Positions 13,771-23,400 of a stretch of 24,309 nucleotides of DNA are shown here, piece by piece. Every line of letters starts with the position of its first letter. The first letter of the stretch is position 1. A program made the position numbers and the translations under genes. The DNA lies in the IMG/VR virus record IMGVR_UViG_3300017589_000258, positions 1 to 24,309 of that record. One strand, 5' to 3'. The DNA comes from a virus. Its lineage: Duplodnaviria > Caudoviricetes. A model generated the notes under the pieces. That model was not told the origin of the DNA and searched no databases. It saw only the letters and a list, made by a program, of their open reading frames with translations.

Positions 13771-16752
13771 GTGGTTATTATCGCTGATCGTTTTTGGGTG
13801 GGCGGTGGAGGCAACTGGTCAGATTATACCAATCATTGGTCGGATACGTCTGGCGGTTCTCCCGGCGCAACTGTTCCAAATTCTAATCATAACGCATATT
13901 TTGACGCGAACAGCTTTACTGCCTCCGGGCAAATAGTAAACATTGATGGTGGCGGCGGGTATTGCCTAAATATGGATTGGTCTGGCGTAACAAACACTCC
14001 AACACTTACAAACGGTACTGGATACTTGCCTATAGCTATTTACGGAAGTTTAACTTTGTCGCCTAATATGTCAACCGGGTCATATGGAAATGTAATTTTG
14101 TTTTTATTTAAAAGCAATATTGCTGGACACACAATTGATATGGCGGGAATAAAAACTTGGAATATGTCTTTTGATGGCGATGGAAGTTGGACGCTATTAA
14201 GCGACTTAATTGTAGCGAATAACTTTTCGATTGATAAAGGGAATTTAAACACAGGCGGTTATAATATCTCTTGCGCTAATTTTTATTGCTACGCAGCTAG
14301 CTATGCAAAGTCGCTTGTATTAAACGCGTCTGTAATTACAATCAGTGGTGACGTTCGTTTTGGCGTGGCCAACACAACTATTTCAGCTGGAACATCAACC
14401 ATTAAAATAACGGGAAACTCAAAAACATTTATTGGTGATGGGCAAACGTTTAACAACGTAGAGTTTCAAGGAACACCAACTACTATTACGGGTAGCAACA
14501 CATTTAACGACTTAAAAATATCCGCAGGAAAAACGGTTAATTTTACAGCGGGTACAACGCAGACCGTAGCCGACATGAGCGGAAACGGCATCAGCGGAAG
14601 CCTTATTACTTTGCAATCTACCTCCGCAGGAACGCCTTACACTATCAGCAAGGCAAGCGGAACACTAGAAGTTGAGTATTACTCTATTAAAGACTGTACG
14701 GCTTCTGGCGGCGCTACGTTCAATGCAGTTAATTCGACCAATGTAAGCGGAAACACGGGCTGGTCATTTTCTTATACTCTGCATCTTATTGCAAATGCCT
14801 TAGCTTCTGTGGGGTTGCAAAAATCATCTGCAAAAGCGTTGTCAACCTCTACCGTTGTTGCGCCAATCGTGCAAAAAAGCGTTGCTAAATCGCTTTTAGC
14901 AAATGCAATTACGTCTTCTGCAATACAAAAATCAGTCTCCAAAACTTTTGCATCTTTGGCATTTGCAGCTTCATTTGCCAGTAAAACCGTTGCAAAATCT
15001 TTCAGTGCGTCAGCCAATGTTGCGGCAAGCACAAGCAAAACAGTTGCTAAGACTTTAACTGCATCTGTAATTACCACAGCTTCCGTTGCAAAAAGCTTAA
15101 CAAAATCGCTTGTTACTTCCGCGTCATCTACCGCAAGCATAGTTAAGCAAACTGCTAAAACTTTAATTGCGACCGTATTTGCAACTGCAAACAGCGGATA
15201 TATTGTTGGTGATGTTATCGGCACGCTGACAGACGCCGAAACTCATATGTTTGGCTTCAATAACAAGCTGTACATTATGAACGGCACGCAGTACAAGGTG
15301 TGGGACGGCACAACGCTTTCTGACGTGGCAGGATACGTCCCGATTGTGGCAACTGCCGCCGCACCCGCAACGGGTACAGGAACAAGCAACGAGCAAGTAA
15401 ATAAACTGATTGCAAGTCAATACATCTGGTATTCAGGGACGGTTGATACGACGGTATATCAGCTTCCAGCCACTTCCCTAACAAGCGTCGACGCAGTTTA
15501 TGTGAATGACGCGTTGCAAACCTTGACGACGCATTACACCGTCAATTTGACGAATGGCACGGTTACTTTTGGAACGGCTCCGGGCGCTGGCACAAACAAT
15601 GTCAAAATCCGCTACACTAAAACCACCACAGCGCAAACGGCTAACCGCGCTTTAATACTTGCTCAAAAGTATTCGGAAATGTTCAATGGGAAAACAGACA
15701 ATAGAATATTCCTGTATGGTGACGGCACAAACAAAGCTTATTACAGCGGCATTGAGTACGCGACAGGCAGGCCAACCGCCGAATACTTCCCCGATTTAAA
15801 TGTGCTTGACATTGGGACAAGCAACACCCCTGTCACCGCTTTGACACGCCATTTTAACAAGCTGATGGCATTTAAAACCGATGGAACTTACCTGACCGAA
15901 TACGGCACTATTACGCTTGAAGACGACACTGTAACCGCAGGATTTTACACAAGCGGAATTGACAGAGACACGGGCAATACAGCTTTAGGGCAAGTAAGGC
16001 TTGTCAACAACTATCCAATTGCGATACACGGAAATTCGGCGTACCGCTGGGGACTTTTGTATTCTAGCGGCGTGCAAGACGAACGCTCGGCAAAGAGAAT
16101 ATCAGACCACGTTGCAAACACACTCTCAGGGCTTGCGCTTTCTTCTGCAATCACTTTTGACGACGATTTAAACCGCGAATTTTGGATTGTGCAAAACGGC
16201 ACGGCATTAATTTGGAATTATGCGGGTGAAGTTGACCAAGGCAAGAGCTACAAAAACAATACATGGAGCATTTACAACAACATTCCTGCATCGTGTTTTG
16301 CACAAGTTAACGGTGACGTTTATTTTGGCACAACTGATGGGCGTATTTGCAAATTGTCAACAGACTATCACAGCGACGACGGCACGGCAATTAACGCATA
16401 TTGGGAATCTGGTTCAATGTCTTTTGACAAGCCCTACATGCGCAAAGTGCTGTCTTACGTTTACACAGTGCTAAAGCCAGAGGTTGGAACTAGGTTAAAT
16501 GTCACGCTTGAAACTGATAAGAAATCAGACTTTGACGACAAACTTCTCGGGGAAAGCGTTCTTAATTTCACGCACATTGACTTTAACCATTTCAGTTTTT
16601 CGACCAATTACAAACCAAGGACTAACCGCACCAAGCTAAAGGCGAAAAAATTTACTACGCTAAAGCTGATTTTTTCCAGCAATTCAGCTTCAGCAACAGC
16701 GACCGTTTTGTCTTGTTCTTTGCCCGTAACAGAAACAGGATACACAAAGTAA
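13771..16752 (+). CDS. fusion protein: putative adhesin / beta-solenoid domain, 18-aa repeat stalk, and C-terminal ~510 aa of the tail nozzle
   Basis: RFWVGGGGNW N-terminus; repeats at 14821-15198; from ~15214 nozzle-like motifs FNNKLYIMNG..Y..WDG, RIFLYGD, YFPDLN, YFGT.DG, YWESG. True start may be 13777 or 13780. Confidence 0.8.
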   Translation: MVIIADRFWVGGGGNWSDYTNHWSDTSGGSPGATVPNSNHNAYFDANSFTASGQIVNIDGGGGYCLNMDWSGVTNTPTLTNGTGYLPIAIYGSLTLSPNMSTGSYGNVILFLFKSNIAGHTIDMAGIKTWNMSFDGDGSWTLLSDLIVANNFSIDKGNLNTGGYNISCANFYCYAASYAKSLVLNASVITISGDVRFGVANTTISAGTSTIKITGNSKTFIGDGQTFNNVEFQGTPTTITGSNTFNDLKISAGKTVNFTAGTTQTVADMSGNGISGSLITLQSTSAGTPYTISKASGTLEVEYYSIKDCTASGGATFNAVNSTNVSGNTGWSFSYTLHLIANALASVGLQKSSAKALSTSTVVAPIVQKSVAKSLLANAITSSAIQKSVSKTFASLAFAASFASKTVAKSFSASANVAASTSKTVAKTLTASVITTASVAKSLTKSLVTSASSTASIVKQTAKTLIATVFATANSGYIVGDVIGTLTDAETHMFGFNNKLYIMNGTQYKVWDGTTLSDVAGYVPIVATAAAPATGTGTSNEQVNKLIASQYIWYSGTVDTTVYQLPATSLTSVDAVYVNDALQTLTTHYTVNLTNGTVTFGTAPGAGTNNVKIRYTKTTTAQTANRALILAQKYSEMFNGKTDNRIFLYGDGTNKAYYSGIEYATGRPTAEYFPDLNVLDIGTSNTPVTALTRHFNKLMAFKTDGTYLTEYGTITLEDDTVTAGFYTSGIDRDTGNTALGQVRLVNNYPIAIHGNSAYRWGLLYSSGVQDERSAKRISDHVANTLSGLALSSAITFDDDLNREFWIVQNGTALIWNYAGEVDQGKSYKNNTWSIYNNIPASCFAQVNGDVYFGTTDGRICKLSTDYHSDDGTAINAYWESGSMSFDKPYMRKVLSYVYTVLKPEVGTRLNVTLETDKKSDFDDKLLGESVLNFTHIDFNHFSFSTNYKPRTNRTKLKAKKFTTLKLIFSSNSASATATVLSCSLPVTETGYTK
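14821..15198 (+). repeat. seven tandem degenerate 54-bp (18-aa) repeats, K-[ST]-x-[AST]-K-[ST]-[LF]...
   Basis: KSSAKALSTSTVVAPIVQ / KSVAKSLLANAITSSAIQ / KSVSKTFASLAFAASFAS / KTVAKSFSASANVAASTS / KTVAKTLTASVITTASVA / KSLTKSLVTSASSTASIV / KQTAKTLIATVFATANSG. Confidence 0.9.
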
Positions 16753-16762
16753 GGGGGAACTT

Positions 16763-17473
16763 ATGGCAATCGCAGAATTTACAACTGATCTCAATATTAT
16801 AGCCGCGCTGGACGACGAGCCAAATGACAGCGGCGGCTTAACTCCCGCGCAAGCAAAGGCAAAGTTTGATGAAGGGGCGCTTGCGCTACAGACATACCTC
16901 AACGAAGTTCACATTCCTGAACTGGATGCCGTTCACGTTCCCTATGATTACACTGTAGCTGGCGGTCAAACAATTAAAGAAGCAATGGAGGATTTGACCG
17001 CTGGCGTAATGCTTGACAACAGCGTAACTGCCGCAAAGCTGACAAGCGATTCTGTTACAACTGCAAAGATTGCTGACGGAAATGTGACGTTCGAAAAGCT
17101 AAATTCTAGCGTTCTGGCGACAGAGGCGGCGGCACAGGCTGGAACCGCAGAAAATTCTATCATGAATCCGTTAAGAACAAAACAAGCAATTCAAGTTTCT
17201 GACGCGACTACACAGGCTGGCGTCATTTCAATTTTGGCTGCAGGCGCTACCTATACGGTAACGTTTGCCTTTACTCCGACTTGCGTTTTAGTTTGCCGCG
17301 CTTCTGCTGGAACGTTATCGTTGTTTAGAAGCGGAGATTCTTTTCGGCTTTTAAATGGCGATGAAATGAACGCGTATATGGATGCCTCTTTATCGGGCAA
17401 TACGCTTTCTTTTACAACACAAGCTGGCTACAACTGGGCTACAAAAGCGTACAACTATATTGCGTTTCGTTAA
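16763..17473 (+). CDS. short tail fibre or spike protein
   Basis: N-terminal LDD.PND.GGL...Q.KAKFD attachment-type segment; three 10-aa SVT..K[LI]-type repeats; small C-terminal beta domain. Confidence 0.65.
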   Translation: MAIAEFTTDLNIIAALDDEPNDSGGLTPAQAKAKFDEGALALQTYLNEVHIPELDAVHVPYDYTVAGGQTIKEAMEDLTAGVMLDNSVTAAKLTSDSVTTAKIADGNVTFEKLNSSVLATEAAAQAGTAENSIMNPLRTKQAIQVSDATTQAGVISILAAGATYTVTFAFTPTCVLVCRASAGTLSLFRSGDSFRLLNGDEMNAYMDASLSGNTLSFTTQAGYNWATKAYNYIAFR

Positions 17474-17474
17474 G

Positions 17475-17531
17475 GCAGAACGTCAAGCGTTGCGTGATGC
17501 AGTCAACGCACTGGAGGCACAAAATGAGTAA
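17475..17531 (+). pseudogene. possible 3' remnant of a lost small tail-associated gene (AERQALRDAVNALEAQNE*)
   Basis: The intergenic gap reads as an amphipathic helix resembling C-termini of small fibre-associated proteins; it has no credible start and contains the lysin RBS. Confidence 0.4.
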
Positions 17532-18822
17532 ACAAATCGCAACCATTCCGCTCTCCACAATCGAGCGAATACAAATTTACATCAACACCGCAAAAAAGTC
17601 TCTTGCCACAATCAAAGCTGAAACAGGCGCTGACTATTTAATCAACGGCGGCTTGTACAATATGTCAACATTCAAGCCTGTTTGCCACCTTAAAGCTGAC
17701 GGCGTAGTTTACGCAAAAGACCAGTACGCCTACTGGGGCTATTCGTGGAATGCCGCTGACATTTCAATGACCGTTGTGCCAGATTCCGCAAAGCAAAATT
17801 ATATCTGTTGCAACGCCCTTATCGATGCAAACGGAAGGGTGGACAAGCTGGCGTATACATCTGCACAGGGAGGCGCAAGAGGCAGGACGGCCATAGGCAT
17901 TGCAGGTGACAAGCTGTGCCTGTACGTTTCCGGAGACGGCACAGCAGACGCCAAGACGCCCGAAGGCTTGCGTGACGAACTCATTGCCCTTGGCTGTACA
18001 TCGGCGCTTATGCTCGATTCTGGCGGTTCTTCTCAGTGCATTTTCAACGAAACCGAAATAAGAAGCGCAAGGCGGGTACACAATTTCATTTTGGTATATC
18101 TGAAAAAGGGAAAGCTAGAGCCCGTCAAGGAGGATACATTGGCAATAAAAACAATATGCCTTGATGCAGGACACGGCACAGGCTCGGTTAACGGTACGCC
18201 TGACGGCACATACAAAGAAGAAGAATTTACTTTTGATATGCAAGGGCGTATCAAGCCGCTTTTGGAGCGTCACGGCGTGGGCGCGGTGCTGACTAGACCG
18301 ACACGGGCAACAGTGTCGCTGGCAAACAGGGCAAAGATAGCCAACGCCGCAAAGGTTGATGCTTTCGTTTCCCTCCACTCTAACGCGGCGGGAAATGGCG
18401 GCTGGTACGATGCAAGCGGATTTCTTATTTACACATCGGCGGCGGGTGATACAGCGGGGCGAAACATTCTTGCCAAGGCTATTATTGCCCGTGCCAAAGA
18501 AGCAAAAATCAAAGTGAGAAACACCGCCTTAGCGCATAGCATGTACGCAGTCCTGAAAAACACTACAATGCCAGCCGTGCTGATAGAGTACGGTTTCCAC
18601 ACTAGCAAGGAAGATTCCGAACTGCTGAAATCGTCTGACTACAGGGACAGGCTGGCAGAGCTGACCGCAAATGGTATTTTGGACTACCTCGGTATTGCGT
18701 GGGCAGATAGCACCGCCGATCAGGTAAAAAAACGGTTTGACTTTGCGGATGAAACTATGGAATATCTTGCGGCTTATGAGTACGCTGACGCTTTACTAAG
18801 GGCATTGGCAACAAAAAAATAA
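17524..18822 (+). CDS. endolysin: phosphodiester glycosidase (NAGPA-like) domain plus N-acetylmuramoyl-L-alanine amidase (Amidase_3)
   Basis: ATG 17524 behind GGAGG; INGG, RTAIG and LDSGGSS motifs, then LDAGHG, E, SLHSNA and LIEYGF zinc-amidase motifs. Confidence 0.88.
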   Translation: MSKQIATIPLSTIERIQIYINTAKKSLATIKAETGADYLINGGLYNMSTFKPVCHLKADGVVYAKDQYAYWGYSWNAADISMTVVPDSAKQNYICCNALIDANGRVDKLAYTSAQGGARGRTAIGIAGDKLCLYVSGDGTADAKTPEGLRDELIALGCTSALMLDSGGSSQCIFNETEIRSARRVHNFILVYLKKGKLEPVKEDTLAIKTICLDAGHGTGSVNGTPDGTYKEEEFTFDMQGRIKPLLERHGVGAVLTRPTRATVSLANRAKIANAAKVDAFVSLHSNAAGNGGWYDASGFLIYTSAAGDTAGRNILAKAIIARAKEAKIKVRNTALAHSMYAVLKNTTMPAVLIEYGFHTSKEDSELLKSSDYRDRLAELTANGILDYLGIAWADSTADQVKKRFDFADETMEYLAAYEYADALLRALATKK

Positions 18823-18835
18823 CGGAGGTACATGC

Positions 18836-19021
18836 ATGAAAGAAAAATTTGCAAAACTAATTGACGTAAAATCTATTGTTACGGTTGTGCTTACATCAGT
18901 TTTTGCTTACTTAGCTATTGTAGGTAAAATCACAGGGGCAGAATTTCTTACCGTGTTTGCGGTCGTAATCGCTTTTTACTTCGGAACACAAGCGCAGAAA
19001 ATAGCTGACAAGGGGGAATAA
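18836..19021 (+). CDS. putative holin
   Basis: 61 aa, two hydrophobic helices, ..FYFG.Q tail, GGAGGT RBS, adjacent to the lysin. Confidence 0.7.
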   Translation: MKEKFAKLIDVKSIVTVVLTSVFAYLAIVGKITGAEFLTVFAVVIAFYFGTQAQKIADKGE

Positions 19022-19024
19022 GCC

Positions 19025-19291
19025 ATGACGGAGTGGAGCGTCGTTTTAGTAATTATAGCCCTTGTGGGGCTTGGCGCGGCTATCATAAAGCCAATTGTAT
19101 CATTAACAAAATCTATCACGACGCTCACTTGCGCCGTTGAAAGCCTACAAAGAGACGTAAACGCACTCACTGATCGAAATACCGAATCACATGACCATAT
19201 ATGGGAAAGTGTGAAAAGTCTTGTTGCCACAACTGGCGACCACGAAAAACGTATTATCCGCATAGAGGGGAAGCGATACGATGGCAACTAA
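19025..19291 (+). CDS. membrane-anchored coiled-coil lysis-cassette protein (XhlA or holin-like)
   Basis: N-terminal TM helix, heptads, HEKRI..IE C-terminus. Confidence 0.6.
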   Translation: MTEWSVVLVIIALVGLGAAIIKPIVSLTKSITTLTCAVESLQRDVNALTDRNTESHDHIWESVKSLVATTGDHEKRIIRIEGKRYDGN

Positions 19292-20420
19292 CCAAGAGCT
19301 ATACGATTTAGCAAAAGCAAGAGGTGACGCGCTTGGCATGAGGAATGCCAATGACGCTGAAAACCAACTCCGCAATGCAAACGGTGAAGCGGCGCAGTTT
19401 GCCAACAAAGATATTGCGACCGTGGCACAGCAAACAAAATCGGCCAATCAAGCTACTCAGCCAGCGTCCGCTTACTCTTACACCGACTTAACCGATCAGA
19501 TTGACAACACCTACAATGCCTACTTAAAGCAACAGCTTGACGCTTTAACTGCTCAGGAGACAAAGATTGAACCCACCTACGCCGCCGCACGGAACAATGC
19601 CGCAGTTACTCAGTCGCAAAACCAAAACGCTTTTAACGAGTATGCAAACGCAAACGGCTTAAATGTTGGCGCTGGCGGTCAAGCGGCTTTGTCAAGGCAG
19701 AACGTTTACGGCAACGCTATCAACGCCGCTGATGTTGCACAGGCTAATGCGTACAGTGATATTGCTTTACAGAAAAGCACAGTGCAAAGTGATGTTGACA
19801 GTCAGCGGTCACAAGCACTTTATGACGAATTGGTTCGGCTGGACAATGCAAGCCGTGAGCAAAATCAGTTTGACGCTTCCCTTTTGGCAAACCAGCAGTC
19901 AGACGCTTTGTCACAGCAAAGGTATGAACAGGAGCGGCAACAGGGGCTTGCTGATACCGAGTATAGCAGAATGACAAAACTCGCTGAAACAATGGCGGCT
20001 TACGGTGATTTCACAGGCTATGAAAATATGGGCATTGACACCACGCAGATGAAAGCGGCTTATGCACAGCAACAGGCTCTTGCGCGGCAAAAATCCACCA
20101 GCGGTGGTTCAGCTACTGCGTCAAAACCTACTCTAACTTATGCACAAATGATTGATGCAATAGAAAAAGAAAATTACACCCCCGCCGTTCTTGCGGCTTA
20201 TCAGTATTACATGGGTGAAGCTTTGGGCGGCGACACGCAAGCACCCGCCCCAACCACTGGCAGTAACGGCAATATCACTTCCCCGACTTACTCCAAAGTT
20301 TGGGGCTTGGTTCGCAATATGTCTAAAGACAAGGTTGTGCCGTATCTCACCAACGCTTATGCAAACGGTCAAATTACTGACGCAGAAATAGATATTATTT
20401 TAGATCAACTCGGCATGTAA
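19281..20420 (+). CDS. putative internal virion / DNA ejection protein
   Basis: 379 aa, Gln/Ala/Asn-rich helical; precedes the giant ORF as in podovirus ejectosome clusters. Confidence 0.55.
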   Translation: MATNQELYDLAKARGDALGMRNANDAENQLRNANGEAAQFANKDIATVAQQTKSANQATQPASAYSYTDLTDQIDNTYNAYLKQQLDALTAQETKIEPTYAAARNNAAVTQSQNQNAFNEYANANGLNVGAGGQAALSRQNVYGNAINAADVAQANAYSDIALQKSTVQSDVDSQRSQALYDELVRLDNASREQNQFDASLLANQQSDALSQQRYEQERQQGLADTEYSRMTKLAETMAAYGDFTGYENMGIDTTQMKAAYAQQQALARQKSTSGGSATASKPTLTYAQMIDAIEKENYTPAVLAAYQYYMGEALGGDTQAPAPTTGSNGNITSPTYSKVWGLVRNMSKDKVVPYLTNAYANGQITDAEIDIILDQLGM

Positions 20421-20433
20421 GGGAGGCTGACCA

Positions 20434-23400
20434 ATGGCAACTTTAAAAGGTTCTGCGCGGCTCAACGCCCTTGCTACTACGCCAAAAGAAGCGGCTACTT
20501 CCGGCATCAATCGCCTACAGGCATTGTCAACTCCTGCCACCTCCTTGCCGCTTCGCGGCAGTGCGGCGAGAAGTTCAGCGGATAGCCCGATCGTTCCATT
20601 AAGCGCCTCCAATCCGTGGAGAAATACAACAACTGCGTCTTTGCCCACTCCACCTAAGGCAACCGAACCGCCCAAAATTGCAGACCCTGTTAAAAGTGCG
20701 GGGCTTGCAATCGGGGGCGGTGTTAAAAGCGCTGTTGGTGGTTCCTTTAACGCCCTAGAAACCCTGTCTAACCTTTTGACCAACAAAGCGTCAAAAAGCA
20801 CAGGGGTTAGCGAGGACAAGCTGTCTCAGGTGTCAAGGGGCTTGCGTGGCATCCCTACCGAACAGGCTAAAGTGACCACTCTGCCCAGCGGCGGTGAATT
20901 AATCAACAGCGCCGCTCTCGATACGGCTAAGGCTAAGGAAAACACGGGCAAGGTCGGTTCTTTTGTGGTCGATGCTCTCAGCGGTGGCGCAAATATGGCT
21001 ACTGGTTTTGGGTTGTCTGCTCTTACTGGCATCCCTTTTGTTGCCGCAATGGGCATACAGGCTGGCGGCTCGTCTGCCTTTAACGCTAAAGAGCAAGGCA
21101 AAACAATTGAGCAACAGGCACTGTATGGCTTGACAAGCGGTCTTGCAGAGGCGGCAATTGAAAGCATTGGCGGTATTGGTGCATCAACAGCATTGAAAGC
21201 GGCGGCTGGCAAAGGCGTGTCTGCCTTAATTAGCAAGCTTTCTCCGCAACTTGTCACCGCTATTGGCAACCTTGGCGCTTCTACAATTGGGAAAATTCTT
21301 GGTTCTGCCGCAAGCGAGGGCGCTGAGGAAGCCATTAGTTACGATGTTGATAGATTTTTGCAAGGGCTTATTCTTCAAAACGATGTGCCAAGAGATATTA
21401 AAGACCAAGCATATCAAGCGCTTGTTGGAGGCGCACTTGGTGGTGTGTTTGGCGGCGTTCAAGTTGTGGGGCAAAACACAGCGCAGGTAACGCCCCCCCA
21501 GACCGCTCAGAATGCCCCACAAGTGCCGCAAGCAACCGCCCTTGAAAGTACCCCTGTAGAGCAAACAAACGTTACGGCGGCGCAGGCAGTGGCGCAAGAA
21601 GCGCCCCCCGCGCAGGATGTATATGCTTCCTCTGTTTCTGAGCAGGACAACGCAATCGCTACGCTTGAAAAGTCGCTTGAAACCGAAAGGGCGTTGTTCC
21701 GTAATCTGTACGCTGAATACAAAAGCACAGACATTGAAAGCCGCAGACCCGAATTGCTTGCGGAGGCACAGGCGCAGCGCGGAAAGATTGCACAGGCTGA
21801 AAAGGCGTTACAGCAGGCGCAAGAAGCGCTTGCTCAATTCAAGTCCGATAATGCAAATGCGGAAAAATCAAAGGCTGGCATTGCAAAAATCACCGACATT
21901 ATGGCTAATTTTCAAGACCGCTTTATCAGCGAATCTGCATTGGCTGAAATTGAAAAAGTCGGTGAAATGAGCGCTGAGGTTTCCGCGCTCAGGAAAGCAT
22001 ACAACAAGGCTATCAGTTTGCAGACTGGCGTTAACCGTTTGGTCGCTCAATTGCAGTCCTCTGAATCTTTGCTAGAGAGCGCATCGATTCAAGCCAAATT
22101 AGATAAAGCAAATGCGCAGCTTGACAAGGCGGCACAAGATTTGCAAACGGCGCAAAGCAAAGTCGCAAACTATTCGGATGTAACGCAGACTGTTTCTGCG
22201 CCGCAAAAACCTTCACCGGCTCCAAAGGCGTTGTTTGATGTGGCGAGGGAGAATGGGCAACAAGCGCCCCTTCCCGCTATGGCAAACACCGTTGTTATGG
22301 ATAGCCCCCAAAAACAAGGCAATCTCAAAGGCACACTCGAAAACGCCTATACTCGCACGGTTGACGCGCAATACCCCATTGCCCGATATGCAAAAGTGGC
22401 GCAGGACGGTACAGATATTTTGGCATCTAACACAAAAAATGCGGGCGGCACAGTCAACTATATTTTCACGGATGCGCTTGTCGATAAACAAGGCAACAAA
22501 ATCGGTTCATCTTTGCAAGAAGTTGTAAGCGCAATTCCGCAAGACCAGCAAACCGAATTTTGGAATTACATGGTGCAGCGCCAAAACATCGACCGCGCAA
22601 GAGAGGGCAAGAATGCGGTTCCTGATTTTACGCCCGAAATGTCCACCAGATATGTTGCTGAAACAGAATCTGTCAACCCCGCATGGAAAGCAACCGGCGA
22701 CAGCCTTGTTAGCTGGATTGATGCTTTCAACCAAGAATGGGGCGTAGGCTCTGGCATCATCAACGCAGACCTCTACAAGTCTTTGCGCGATACCTATAAA
22801 AGTTATTTCCCTTTACAGCGTGAATTTGATGAAATTGAGGGCAGTATACCGCGCGATATTTCAAAGCAATTTGTGGATTCGTCAACGCCCATCAAAAAGG
22901 CAACCGGTTCCAGCCGTGATATCAATAATCCTGTAGAAAACATTATGAACATGGTAAACAACACTGTCAAAATCGCTCGGTATAACGCAGTTGGGCAGAA
23001 CATATTAAACTCCGTTCGTGCCAATCCAGACGCACTGGTTAAATATGCAGAAATCATTGACGGGGATGCGGCAAAGCTATCCAAGACAGACGATATTGTC
23101 ACTGTTCTGGAAAACGGCGAAAAGGTGTATCTGAAAATCAATGACATAGACCTTTTGAAATCACTCAAAGGGCTACCCAAAACCACGATCAGCATTCCGG
23201 TTATGTCGCAGGCCACCAACTTATTCAAAAGCCTTATTACGCAGAAAAACCCCTTCTTTGCCGCCCGTAACGTGGCAAGGGACGTCCCAACCGCTTATAT
23301 TTATGGGAGTGAACCCAACCCCGTAAAGTATGCCGCTGGGCTTGGTGGCGCAGTAAAGGACATAGCGACCAACAGTGAAAACTACCAACGGTATAAAGCT

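Noticed and set aside
13241-15213. Cassette in the nozzle gene as an intron, intein or IS
   Set aside because: No transposase, RT or homing endonuclease, no terminal repeats or target duplication, no intein termini; it is fully packed with RBS-led structural ORFs.
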